From: a virus
Taxonomy: Duplodnaviria; Caudoviricetes
Direction: 5' to 3' (one strand)
Length of the DNA: 56,195 nucleotides
Virus record (IMG/VR): IMGVR_UViG_3300025128_000045
Location: 1 to 56,195 of that record
In this document: one piece after another, positions 29,658 to 39,703 of the stretch
Numbering within the stretch: the first letter of the stretch is position 1
Layout: every line of letters begins with the position of its first letter
Made by a program: the position numbers and the translations under genes
Notes under the pieces: model-generated
The model's input: the letters and a program-made list of their open reading frames with translations, nothing else
The model's database searches: none
Told to the model about the DNA's origin: nothing

Positions 29658-30032
29658 ATGGATAATAATGCATTTTCAAAGATGTACTTTACATTGACTA
29701 AAGATTTAGTAAATACAGCCTTAGAGGGTGTATTACTGGACAAATACAAGCAACCTATATATGATGATGAAGGTAACAAAACAGGTGATACTACTCCTAA
29801 ATGGGGAGATGTTATCATGATGCTACCACATAGAAAGGGTTTGAATTGGAGTTCTTCAGGTGCAGGTACTTATAAAATTTGCCTAATAAGAGATACTTGG
29901 AGTGCAAAGAATGGAGAGTTATCTGCTATGATTAAGCTTGGCGAAGGAAAGAATTATCCTTATAGGTCTATGCTTACAAATACAGAAGCTAAAGAATTAT
30001 TAAAAACAGATAAATTTACAGAAAGTGAATAA
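29658..30032 (+). CDS. Hypothetical protein
   Basis: Packed after fibre genes. Confidence 0.7.
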   Translation: MDNNAFSKMYFTLTKDLVNTALEGVLLDKYKQPIYDDEGNKTGDTTPKWGDVIMMLPHRKGLNWSSSGAGTYKICLIRDTWSAKNGELSAMIKLGEGKNYPYRSMLTNTEAKELLKTDKFTESE

Positions 30033-30113
30033 TGAAAATAGATAATCCATATAAGTGGCACTCATCTTCTACATATATACTTAAATACTATCAACCAAAA
30101 GGAGTAGTTTATA

Positions 30114-30593
30114 TTGTTAGTTGAATTTGATGATATTATAGAAAAAGTCTTAGAGCACGAAGGAGGAATAGTAGATGATTCCAAAGATGCTGGAGGATTA
30201 ACCAATATGGGTATAAGTCAAAGAGCTTATCCTGATGAAGATATAAGGGGACTTACAGTTGAAAGAGCTAAAGAACTTTATAAAAGAGACTATTGGGACA
30301 GGTATCGTACTGGTAGTCTCCCTGACCGTCTTCGCCATATCTTTGTTGATATGTGCATTAATATGGGTGGTGGAAGAGCTATTAAAATTTTGCAAGAAGC
30401 TTGTAACAGCAAGAATGCAACAAAAATAGATGTAGATGGTGGCATTGGTCCTGCTACTATAAAAGCTGCAACTAATGTAGAGCCATTTAGACTTAGAGCA
30501 TATAGAGTTATGTTCTATGCAGAATTAGTAATGAAGAAGCCTGAGCAAGAAAGATTCTGGGTAGGCTGGTTTAGAAGGAGTTGTGAAGTATGA
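30114..30593 (+). CDS. Endolysin, glycoside hydrolase family 108
   Basis: HEGG...DAGGLTNMGI...YW...DMCINMG...VDGGIGPAT...GWFRR. Confidence 0.9.
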   Translation: MLVEFDDIIEKVLEHEGGIVDDSKDAGGLTNMGISQRAYPDEDIRGLTVERAKELYKRDYWDRYRTGSLPDRLRHIFVDMCINMGGGRAIKILQEACNSKNATKIDVDGGIGPATIKAATNVEPFRLRAYRVMFYAELVMKKPEQERFWVGWFRRSCEV

Positions 30594-30871
30594 AATTTGA
30601 AAAATCTTGGTCAATAGGCAATGCAGTCACTTTAATAGTTATAGTTGGTAGTCTTTTTACTCAGTATGGTATAAGCTCACAAGAAGTTGTAGTGATAAAA
30701 AAAGATATTGAAATACATGCTGAAGATATAAAAGATAATTCAGCTAAGATTGTTAAGCTTGAGAAAGACAAAATAACTTTAGAAAAAGATATAGAGTCTA
30801 TTAAAAATACTAATGAGAGAATGGAAGTTAAAATCAATAAAATTTTAGATGCTCTTAATATTATAGATTGA
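30590..30871 (+). CDS. Membrane-anchored coiled-coil lysis-region protein
   Basis: N-terminal TM plus heptads. Confidence 0.6.
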   Translation: MKFEKSWSIGNAVTLIVIVGSLFTQYGISSQEVVVIKKDIEIHAEDIKDNSAKIVKLEKDKITLEKDIESIKNTNERMEVKINKILDALNIID

Positions 30872-31173
30872 TGGACTTGAATGCACTACTTTCAGAACAT
30901 GGATTAGCCGTTGTAATAATTTTTGCTCTTTTTGGAGCTATTGCTTATTTTGGAAAATGGTTTCTTAATATTTATACCCATAAGCTATATAATCATTTTT
31001 CTGAACTTAATCGTGAGATTATTGAAGTTAAAACAGAAGTTTTAGAAAATAATAATAAACTTTATAATATAACTGAAAAGCTCATTGCTAACCAAAGACT
31101 TATAGGTGAAGATGTTAATGCTATAGAAAGTAGTTTAGATACTCTGCTTAAATATATTAAGGCAGATAAGTAA
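30868..31173 (+). CDS. Holin-like membrane protein (putative)
   Basis: TM LAVVIIFALFGAIAYF plus coiled coil, next to endolysin. Confidence 0.55.
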   Translation: MMDLNALLSEHGLAVVIIFALFGAIAYFGKWFLNIYTHKLYNHFSELNREIIEVKTEVLENNNKLYNITEKLIANQRLIGEDVNAIESSLDTLLKYIKADK

Positions 31174-31174
31174 T

Positions 31175-31699
31175 GTGGCTAAACCTCAAGGACTTAATAA
31201 AGATGGTGGTATTAACTTTGAAAGAAAAAGGAATTTCGAGACTAAGAAAGAACCTGAGATGTTCTCTCGAAAACCTGAAGATAAAATTGAAGAAGAAGCT
31301 GAAGAGCCCAAAGAAGAAGAACCAAAACTTAGTCCAGAAGAGTTGGCGAAAGCTGAAAGACTCAATGCTAAACTTCGCAAGGCGAAGGGAATTAATGCAA
31401 CAGGATTCGCACTTAATGGAAGTACCATTATTGGTGTTCTTTTCTATCTTGATAGTTTGCTTGCCAATCCTGATACTCTTGATATGCTTGAAAACTTAAA
31501 TGGTATGCTTGGAGCTGATATAGACTTTGAGCAGATAATTGCTACTATACAGGGTTACAAAGCTCAGATAATAGGTTTTGCTATATCTTCCCAGACAATG
31601 GTTGTAGGATATAAAGATACAGTACAAAAGATGAAAGATAGAGGAAATGAGTCTTTCTATGAAGTAATGAATGAAGAGTTAGAAAAAATAGGAATATAA
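31175..31699 (+). CDS. Hypothetical protein
   Basis: GTG start, natural charged composition, abuts next ATG. Confidence 0.7.
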   Translation: MAKPQGLNKDGGINFERKRNFETKKEPEMFSRKPEDKIEEEAEEPKEEEPKLSPEELAKAERLNAKLRKAKGINATGFALNGSTIIGVLFYLDSLLANPDTLDMLENLNGMLGADIDFEQIIATIQGYKAQIIGFAISSQTMVVGYKDTVQKMKDRGNESFYEVMNEELEKIGI

Positions 31700-32521
31700 A
31701 TGTATGAAACATTTGACTACCATAAAGTAGTCGACAAGATGAGAAAGTTCTTTAAAGATGCTAAGAACTTTACTGAAGTACCAACACAAAGCAGATTGAG
31801 TATTTTAGCTGCTTGTGAAGACCCTAATACTATAGCACAGTTCAACTTTGATGGAATAGAGTATCCTCTTCCTCAAACTGGACAAATGTGGCTTGAACAT
31901 GAATTACTTACTAACCCTGATACTAAAGGGTTTTTTTGTATTTCTACAAGTTACAGAAATGAGCCTAATCCTATAGATGGTAGGCATAAAAAGATATTTC
32001 CAATGTTTGAGTTTGAGACTAAAGGAAGTATGAAAGATATGATAAAGCTTGAAGATGAGTTATTAGATTTCTTAGGCTTTACAAAAGATTCTGTTTATTG
32101 TACTTATGATGGATTGTGCGAAAGATATGAAACAGATATACTTGAAGCAGAACATGAAGAGTTAATGAATAAAGAAATTAGTAGTAAGTTGTTTCTTAAA
32201 AACTTTCCAAAGAGAACTCATCCTTTTTGGAATATGAAAGAAGATGTTGTAAAGGGTATATTCAATAAAGTAGATGTTATATTGCATGGACAAGAAACTA
32301 TTGGCTCTGCTGAAAGAAGTTGTGATAAAGATGCAATGAAATGGAATTTCTTAAATCAAACTGATGGAGCTTATGCAAACTTATTGTTTAGTAAGTTTAC
32401 AAAAGAAAGAGTTATGAAAGAACTTGATGAGTTTTTATCTCATGATTTCTTCTCAAGATTTGGTGGAGGAATAGGAGTTACAAGAATGGCAAGAGCTATG
32501 AAGTTAGAAGGTTTAATATAG
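31700..32521 (+). CDS. Class II aaRS (Asn/Asp/Lys-type) catalytic core without anticodon-binding domain
   Basis: Motif 1-like RKFF...FTEVPT, motif 2 SYRNEP...RHKKIFPMFEFE, ETIGSAER, motif 3 GGGIGVTRM; only 273 aa. Confidence 0.85.
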   Translation: MYETFDYHKVVDKMRKFFKDAKNFTEVPTQSRLSILAACEDPNTIAQFNFDGIEYPLPQTGQMWLEHELLTNPDTKGFFCISTSYRNEPNPIDGRHKKIFPMFEFETKGSMKDMIKLEDELLDFLGFTKDSVYCTYDGLCERYETDILEAEHEELMNKEISSKLFLKNFPKRTHPFWNMKEDVVKGIFNKVDVILHGQETIGSAERSCDKDAMKWNFLNQTDGAYANLLFSKFTKERVMKELDEFLSHDFFSRFGGGIGVTRMARAMKLEGLI

Positions 32522-32574
32522 CAGGTAGACCAAAAAAAGAAGAGTCAAAGCCTACAGCATTTGCATTAGATATA

Positions 32575-32790
32575 ATGAATGGAGGTGATGGTCTTCCAGA
32601 CTGGATGCAGTTTGTTATCACTCTGCTTATTTTTGGTTGTTTTTTTTGGATAATATACTTATTATTTCATCCAGTATTACAGCTTGAAGACAACTTTAGA
32701 GACTTGCTTAATATTATAGTAGGTACATTCTTAGCTTCTTTTGGCAAGGTTGTAGACTTTTGGTTTAAGCATAATAAGAAACAAGATTAG
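32575..32790 (+). CDS. Two-TM membrane protein (holin-like)
   Basis: Two hydrophobic helices, VVDFWF and basic tail. Confidence 0.65.
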   Translation: MNGGDGLPDWMQFVITLLIFGCFFWIIYLLFHPVLQLEDNFRDLLNIIVGTFLASFGKVVDFWFKHNKKQD

Positions 32791-32874
32791 TAAGGTGGTG
32801 GAACTGGCAGACACACATCCCTGTTTAGGATGCGATATTAGGTTATCATGTAGGTTCGAGCCCTACCCTTACTG
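32789..32874 (+). tRNA. tRNA-Asn(GTT), atypical: long variable arm, U37, no encoded CCA
   Basis: Acceptor AGTAAGG/CCTTACT, D-arm GTG-GAACTGGCAGA-CAC, anticodon arm CATCC-CTGTTTA-GGATG, V-arm GATA/TATC, T-arm GTAGG-TTCGAGC-CCTAC, G discriminator. Confidence 0.85.
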
Positions 32875-32885
32875 CAAGGAGAATA

Positions 32886-33083
32886 ATGATAGGTGAAAGT
32901 TTAAAAAATAAGATAGTAAAAATAGCTTTAAATACTATTGATGATACTATTGGAAAGAAATTCCCACTTGTAGATAAGCTAACAGACCTATTCCAAGAAC
33001 AACAAGTTTTAGAAAAGAAGGTTAAAGACCTTGAACTAAAAGTAAATGCATTAGAATACTATATAAAGGAAAATGATAAATGA
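32886..33083 (+). CDS. Hypothetical protein
   Basis: AAGGAG RBS, coiled coil. Confidence 0.7.
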   Translation: MIGESLKNKIVKIALNTIDDTIGKKFPLVDKLTDLFQEQQVLEKKVKDLELKVNALEYYIKENDK

Positions 33084-33280
33084 ATGCTTTAGTAAAAGCT
33101 TTAAAAAAGATGGCAGTTGAAATGATACTTAATGACGAAACTAAAGGTAAGGTTATTAAGCAATTAAATAAAAAAATGAATCTGCCTATGATTTCAGAAG
33201 AGACAGAAGCTGAACTATTGGAAGCTCTATACGAGGCTTTACAAGAAGCTTTAAAAGGTGCGATTGAAGATGCCAAGTAA
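33080..33280 (+). CDS. Hypothetical protein
   Basis: LNKKMNLPMISEETEAELLEALY. Confidence 0.7.
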   Translation: MNALVKALKKMAVEMILNDETKGKVIKQLNKKMNLPMISEETEAELLEALYEALQEALKGAIEDAK

Positions 33281-33506
33281 AAAAACAACAATTAAAAAAC
33301 CTATAGCTAAAAAACCAGCTGCTAAAAAAATCCCGACAAAACCAAAAGGTGAAGATGTAGCAGAAATGATTATAGGACAACTTAGTAATATACAGGCTAA
33401 GTTAAATGACCTCAATAATAGGGTGTCTAAGCTTGAAACTCTTAATATTAAGTCTATGGAGACAGATAATAGATTTACAAAGATAGAGAGTCGATTAGGA
33501 TTATAG
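33270..33506 (+). CDS. Basic coiled-coil hypothetical protein
   Basis: MPSKKTTIKKPIAKKPAAKK; ATG 33270 preferred. Confidence 0.65.
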   Translation: MPSKKTTIKKPIAKKPAAKKIPTKPKGEDVAEMIIGQLSNIQAKLNDLNNRVSKLETLNIKSMETDNRFTKIESRLGL

Positions 33507-36500
33507 ATGCCTAAGCAAACATTTGTAATAAATAGGTTCGATGGTGGAATAAATACTCACTTTAATCAAAAAGATATTCCTGATAATACTTTAGTTAAGG
33601 CTGAAAATATTATGGTGGATAGGCATGGCAAGATTAGAGTTATGGGTACATCTGAAGATGCAAACCTTGGGACTTTGACCGGAACTACTTATCCCGGTTT
33701 TGGTATATTCCCATTCCAATCAGATTACGATAATCCTGATACATCTACTAATTTATTTGCTACTAATGGTGATTTTAATATAAGTGGCACAAATGCTGAA
33801 AAACATTCTGGTACAAGTAATCATGCTTCTAATCCATATACTACATGGCAAATATATGGTAGTTATACAGATGATTCTAATCCCGGAACATTTACTGGCT
33901 GGAGGTTTCAAAGTCAGCATAGTACAACAACGACAAATCATCCTTCTGGTAATGCTGGAAGTGGGTGGCATCTTGTTGGTGGTAGTGATAAGATGGTTTG
34001 CGATAAGGGTAGTAATGGCAATAGACATAATTTATTATATAGAAACTTAGGTTCTAATACTATAGGGAAGACTTTTAAAATAGTAGCTACTGTTGCAACT
34101 TCTTCAGCTCATGCTAATAATACATTTAGATTTTGGGCACATAATGGTATTAATTCAGCAAATTCAACTGCTTATAGTTCTTATATAGCTGCTACAACTT
34201 CAACGGAATATTCAGCAATCTTTCAAATAGGTGAAGGTGCTAATGGAAATATTGGAATAGCTGGAAATGCTTCTACTAATGTTGATTTTGATGTAACTCA
34301 AGTAGCTGTATACCAAATGCCTTCATTGGCTGATACTAAATATTTGGTAATGCAAGATGAAAATGAGTTAGATATTAGAGATTTAACTAATAAGGTTTGG
34401 AGAGCTGGTCTTGTAAATTTAGATAAAGACAATACTGCTGCTACATCCCATCCGAGTATAGATACTAAACCAATCTATTATATAGCCGATGGTATTCTTA
34501 GAGCTATTGATTCTAATTTTAATAATGCAAATACTATATCTAAATGGTACGGTGTTATTAATAGAACTAATTTTGCAGATAGTACTGGTAATGCTCAGTT
34601 ATTAGAATGGCTTGCTGCAGACCAGAAACTCTATCCCCCGTCAGCAACTACACATGGAGCAGGAGAAGACCACAACCCGGGTAAGGCATTAGGAAGTACA
34701 GGTATAATTGAAAATGATGCTGGTTCTACAGATATTTTTGATGATGGTGTAACTACTGATGGTATACAATTTCACTATGGATTAGATACGGATTCAACAG
34801 ATGCAAATAATGGTACATGGATTGGTACATTTAAGTTTTATATAAGTTATTTATATGATTTAGAAAAGCAAGAATCAGGACTTTTTGGTATTGGAAATAC
34901 AATTACTAATGATGATGATGATAGGGCTTTAATATGTGCTGTTAGTGTTGATTACCATGATGGTTCAAATTTATATAGATTTAATAAGCGAGTTACAGGA
35001 GCGAGAGTATATTATACTGATGCTGATGATTCTGACGGGATTTATTATCAATTAATAGATATTGATTTTGTACAAGGGTGTAAAAAATATGATGATTTAA
35101 ATTATACAGCATGGTCTTCTACAACTACTGCAGGTCAAAATGCTGAATGTCCATCATCTTCTGTTTCAGATACTGGAGGCGAACAAGGTAATTTTAGATT
35201 TCTTCATCCTCCTAAAGTATTAACATATCAGGCTATTAATGGCTATACTGCTGACGAGCATACTATTTTTAAATATAAAACTGCTGTAATAGCTAATAGA
35301 AGATGTTATATTGGGAATGTCGGGAAGTTAGATACTACAGATGAGGCTAATAACATAACAGAAAAGTTTAATGATAGAATTATAAAAAGCCCTGTAAATA
35401 AGTTTGATACATTTCCAGAAGGAAACTTTTTAGATGTTACTGTAAACGATGGTGATGAAATTGTAAGATTAGAAACTTTTGCTGATAGACTGCTTCAATT
35501 TAAAAGACAAAAACTTTTTATTATAAATATATCTCAAGATATAGAGTTTTTAGAATCTGAACATAATTACATGGGTATAGACCATCATGCAGCAGTAACA
35601 AAAACAGAAATAGGTGTTATTTGGACTAATAAAAGAGGTTGTTATATCTATGATGGCAAGCAGATAAAAAACCTTATAGACCAGAAAATATCTCAACTAC
35701 AATGGTCAAATTTTGTAACTACAAGTGGCATGATTGGATATATTCCCGACAAAAGACAAATAGCAGTTTTTCAATCTCCAACTTCAACATCTGGCAATAT
35801 ATATGTATATGATTTTTTAACTACAAGTTGGACTTTTGGAAATAATATTCTTTCATCAGGTACTAAAACAAATATAGTGGTAGGTTCTACAGGTGAAATG
35901 ATATTTGGACAATACAGTATTAGTACTAATGATGTTGATATATCTATAGGTTCAAATCATGGTGATGTATCAGCTGCAAATAATATAGGTACAGCACCCA
36001 CAGTAGAAATAGTTTTAGATTCAGACTCCCCTTTTAATTTCACATCTTATAGTGCTCTAAGGTGGAGACTTGTATTAGCAAGGTCTGCAGCTGCAACAGC
36101 TGTAACATTTGATACAAACTTAGGTGGATTTAGTAGTACGGCTGATGAATTAACGGATGTGTTACCTGCATCTATATTTACTACAACTGAGGATGATTTT
36201 AATGATGATGAGCCTCCGGGTGGTGGTAGACCTGTAATAACTTCTAATGCAGCAACAGCTATAGCAGGGTTAGTCAATGCTGTAAATGCAAACACATCTT
36301 CAACATATTGGCAAGCAGAACAAATAGGGCAGATATTAAAACTTACTTATACAGGAGATACAGCAAGGTGGGATGAATCAGGTGCAGGTCAAGGTACAGG
36401 AAATTCTGGTAATCCAGCAGCTAAAGCTTTAGTATTGTTAGTTGAAACTTCAGCCGGAGATTATAAAATATATTCTAATCCTTCAGATGGTACAATGGTT

Positions 36501-37691
36501 ATGGCAGAGAGTGGTAATTCTGCTTATACTGCTGCTCCTGGTTGGACAGATACAGATAGCAATCTTCCTAATTTAATTAGCTCAGTAGGTATCTCAAGTG
36601 TTGGTTCATCAACTGTAGCACAAGTAACACAACTGTCATTTTTAAATATGCCGGGGTCGAGTGCAGCAAATCTATCTGGAGTTACTTTAGATATAAATGT
36701 AAAACAATTTGATTCATCCAACAATGTAGTAAATGATGTTACTTCTACTTTTGTTACTGGACAAGACTTAACAGACTATTTAGATGAAGGTGGCTTTGAT
36801 ACGGATGTAGCAAACTCTCTCAATACAAACCAAGAACTCGCCACGGCAATAAGGTCAATAATGGCAAGTAATCCGAATCTTGGTGATTTAACATTTGGTG
36901 CAGTAACAGATTCTTCTGTAGATGATAATATATCAGGGGAACATATTTATTATTATAATATTACAGGACCAAGTGATGGCACAAGATTTGAAATAACTCG
37001 TAATATTTTTTCTGGAAGACATATTGCACAGTTCACAAATAGTACAAATCTAAATAGTGCTATTAAGTTTATTACAAAAGACATTGATTTTGGGCAACCG
37101 GGTGCTAAGAAAACAATTTATAAGGTATTTGTAACATTTAAAACAATGGATTCAGACTTTAGCATGACCCAGTCATATACTAAATTCTATTACCAGACTG
37201 ATGGTAATAATATAGAGCAACATCCTAAAGACTTTGATTTTGCTAAAAGTATTAACTATGGTTCATCAACTTATGGATTAAAATTTGATGAATCTATAAA
37301 AGAAATAACAACAATAACTTTAACTAATTCTGGTGGTATAAATAATTCAGATGTAATATCTACAAATGTTGATTTTTCAGATGTTACAAATGTACGAAAA
37401 GGTGATGCAATTAAAATAGGCACAGAGGTTATGTTAGTTACTAATGTAGATATAGCAAATAATAGATTAAATCTTTTAAGGAAGTATCAATCTGGACAAT
37501 CTACTCATGCTCAGAATGCTATAGCTTATATATTCCCTAAGAGTAAAAGCTATACAGCAGAGCTTATTCCATCTACACCGATTAAAAATATCCATTCCTT
37601 TCAACTTATGGCTTTAGCAGCAGCTGGTACACCTGCAAAATTTGAAATAGAAGACATAAGTATTGTTTATAGAATAAAATCGGCTCGATAA
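33507..37691 (+). CDS. Tail nozzle / stabilisation protein with inserted domains
   Basis: N-terminal FDGGIN...ENI.VD..GKI and C-terminal TKDIDFGQPG..K..YKV...IEDISIVYR. Confidence 0.75.
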   Translation: MPKQTFVINRFDGGINTHFNQKDIPDNTLVKAENIMVDRHGKIRVMGTSEDANLGTLTGTTYPGFGIFPFQSDYDNPDTSTNLFATNGDFNISGTNAEKHSGTSNHASNPYTTWQIYGSYTDDSNPGTFTGWRFQSQHSTTTTNHPSGNAGSGWHLVGGSDKMVCDKGSNGNRHNLLYRNLGSNTIGKTFKIVATVATSSAHANNTFRFWAHNGINSANSTAYSSYIAATTSTEYSAIFQIGEGANGNIGIAGNASTNVDFDVTQVAVYQMPSLADTKYLVMQDENELDIRDLTNKVWRAGLVNLDKDNTAATSHPSIDTKPIYYIADGILRAIDSNFNNANTISKWYGVINRTNFADSTGNAQLLEWLAADQKLYPPSATTHGAGEDHNPGKALGSTGIIENDAGSTDIFDDGVTTDGIQFHYGLDTDSTDANNGTWIGTFKFYISYLYDLEKQESGLFGIGNTITNDDDDRALICAVSVDYHDGSNLYRFNKRVTGARVYYTDADDSDGIYYQLIDIDFVQGCKKYDDLNYTAWSSTTTAGQNAECPSSSVSDTGGEQGNFRFLHPPKVLTYQAINGYTADEHTIFKYKTAVIANRRCYIGNVGKLDTTDEANNITEKFNDRIIKSPVNKFDTFPEGNFLDVTVNDGDEIVRLETFADRLLQFKRQKLFIINISQDIEFLESEHNYMGIDHHAAVTKTEIGVIWTNKRGCYIYDGKQIKNLIDQKISQLQWSNFVTTSGMIGYIPDKRQIAVFQSPTSTSGNIYVYDFLTTSWTFGNNILSSGTKTNIVVGSTGEMIFGQYSISTNDVDISIGSNHGDVSAANNIGTAPTVEIVLDSDSPFNFTSYSALRWRLVLARSAAATAVTFDTNLGGFSSTADELTDVLPASIFTTTEDDFNDDEPPGGGRPVITSNAATAIAGLVNAVNANTSSTYWQAEQIGQILKLTYTGDTARWDESGAGQGTGNSGNPAAKALVLLVETSAGDYKIYSNPSDGTMVMAESGNSAYTAAPGWTDTDSNLPNLISSVGISSVGSSTVAQVTQLSFLNMPGSSAANLSGVTLDINVKQFDSSNNVVNDVTSTFVTGQDLTDYLDEGGFDTDVANSLNTNQELATAIRSIMASNPNLGDLTFGAVTDSSVDDNISGEHIYYYNITGPSDGTRFEITRNIFSGRHIAQFTNSTNLNSAIKFITKDIDFGQPGAKKTIYKVFVTFKTMDSDFSMTQSYTKFYYQTDGNNIEQHPKDFDFAKSINYGSSTYGLKFDESIKEITTITLTNSGGINNSDVISTNVDFSDVTNVRKGDAIKIGTEVMLVTNVDIANNRLNLLRKYQSGQSTHAQNAIAYIFPKSKSYTAELIPSTPIKNIHSFQLMALAAAGTPAKFEIEDISIVYRIKSAR

Positions 37692-39703
37692 TGAGATATG
37701 GTGACTTAAGCAGGATACTTCACAATAAAAAAGCCAGTCGTACTACTATTGGTAAAGGCGAGCCAAGCCGAAGAGAAGGTAGTGATGGCGATATTACCAT
37801 TAGAGAAGTTACTGGCAAGGGTATCTTTTTATTTGTAAAGTACAATAATAATTGGTATTCAAGAGTATTATTTGACGGGGCTGCTGAGATAGGTATGCAA
37901 AACCCCGGCAGAACCATGCAATTATTCGGCTGGAATCCTGACTCTAAAGCTTACCAACTATTAGATGCAAGTCAAGTATTTGAATTAAATTATGGTAGTC
38001 CCGGTAAATTAACACTTGGTAGTAGGAAAGCTTCTTCTTCAACATTTACTGGTGAATCTGGACAGCTTATTCTTGGAGATGATACAAAATCTAACGGTAT
38101 ATTACAACTTGGGAAAGGCTCAGGTGGTGTGTCTACTATAGCAGCAGGATATATAGATAGCATATTAACACCCGGCAGGCTTAGGATACTTTCTGGATAT
38201 CATGCAGCTGTAGGCTATGAAACAATATTAACAGTCCAAAGTGCTACTGTTGCTTCTTTTAGATTAAAGCATGTTTCAATTCAATCTCCCTATGGTGCAG
38301 TTATGGAGCTAAGAGAATGTGAGAATATTGGCGATACTGAACTTATAACAAACTCACAAGATAGAGATATAGCTTCTGGTACAATAAATTGGGCTATATA
38401 TGACCCCGAAAGTACATCATTTACATATGCAGAAGATACATCTACGGATGATAGAATAGAAATAACTGGAACATCAAGCACTTCAAAGCAAGGTGCTGAA
38501 CTGGGAACATCTTTCTTTACAACATTAGTTGCTGGGAATAACTATAGAGTTAGTGCTAAAATATATAGTGCAAGTGGAACTTTAGAAGATTTTAAGATAG
38601 AATTAGGTGGTATAACAACAGGTACTTTTGATATAACAACATCTACTACAGCAATAACAAAAGATTTTTTAGTTACTGTCGCTCCTTTTACCGATGACAC
38701 TCAAGCAGGGGCAATATCAAGTGGAACAACCATAACTATGGATGGTGCTAATTCTAATATTGCTGTTGGGATGGAAGTTAGTGGTGGTACTATTCCAGCA
38801 AATACAAGAATAACTTCTATTGCCGATATTAATGCAAACCCTCAAGTATTTGTAATATCACAAGCTATTAGCAGTTCTCTTTCTGGTGGCACTACTCTTA
38901 CATTTAGTTATCCTTTAAGAATTTATTCTGAAAACAACTCTACAACTCAATGGTTTATTGATGATATATCTATTAAAAAAATTGTACCAATAAGTTCAGG
39001 TATGGGAGGGTTGTATGTAGAGCAGCAATCTGCTGAAGGTGATGGTATCTTAAAATTTAGAAATTACAATGGTGATATAACTACTTTATCTTCTCGAACA
39101 GCTTCTACAGGTTATCTTCCTCTTGCTGGAGGAAATTTATCAGGCAATATAATCATAACAGATGCAACACCCCCTCAATTACAATTATTTTATGATGAAA
39201 GTAATTCTGCTTCTTTTAGTGTAAATTCTAATGGAGCTACTACTATAACTACAATTGATTCTTCAGGGGCATCAGGACATTTAAACATAGAACCTGATGG
39301 TCATGTAGAGTTTGATAATTGTGGAGTAGGTTTTGATTTAGTTACACCTACATATAATGCAGCTGATACAAATGTGGATTTTACAACAGGCAACAAGCAG
39401 TTTGTTACTTTTGGAGCAGGCAATATAGCAGATTTAAATTTAATCTTTCCTAAAGTTTCAGGTAACTTTACTCTTCTTTTAAAACAAGATGGAACAGGAA
39501 GCAGAACAGTTGCTGCTGATGGCTGGTTGGTTCACGATAGACTTCTTGGTGCAACTGCTTCAGGAAGTGCTACAGTTATTTTTGCAGGTGGAAGTAATCC
39601 AACTTTAACAACAGATGCTAACCATGTTGATATAATATCTTTTTTCTATGATGCAGATAATGAAATTGCTTATGGAGTAGCAACATTGGATTTTCAGTTC
39701 TAA
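37691..39703 (+). CDS. Tail fibre/spike protein
   Basis: YLPLAGGNLSG; C-terminal LLLKQDGTGSRT...PTLTTDANHVDIISF. Confidence 0.75.
   Translation: MRYGDLSRILHNKKASRTTIGKGEPSRREGSDGDITIREVTGKGIFLFVKYNNNWYSRVLFDGAAEIGMQNPGRTMQLFGWNPDSKAYQLLDASQVFELNYGSPGKLTLGSRKASSSTFTGESGQLILGDDTKSNGILQLGKGSGGVSTIAAGYIDSILTPGRLRILSGYHAAVGYETILTVQSATVASFRLKHVSIQSPYGAVMELRECENIGDTELITNSQDRDIASGTINWAIYDPESTSFTYAEDTSTDDRIEITGTSSTSKQGAELGTSFFTTLVAGNNYRVSAKIYSASGTLEDFKIELGGITTGTFDITTSTTAITKDFLVTVAPFTDDTQAGAISSGTTITMDGANSNIAVGMEVSGGTIPANTRITSIADINANPQVFVISQAISSSLSGGTTLTFSYPLRIYSENNSTTQWFIDDISIKKIVPISSGMGGLYVEQQSAEGDGILKFRNYNGDITTLSSRTASTGYLPLAGGNLSGNIIITDATPPQLQLFYDESNSASFSVNSNGATTITTIDSSGASGHLNIEPDGHVEFDNCGVGFDLVTPTYNAADTNVDFTTGNKQFVTFGAGNIADLNLIFPKVSGNFTLLLKQDGTGSRTVAADGWLVHDRLLGATASGSATVIFAGGSNPTLTTDANHVDIISFFYDADNEIAYGVATLDFQF

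Noticed and set aside
33504-33509. In-frame TAG-ATG read-through into the nozzle gene
   Set aside because: The nozzle has its own typical N-terminus, and stop-ATG abutments also occur at 31699/31700 and 44210/44211, consistent with simple coupling
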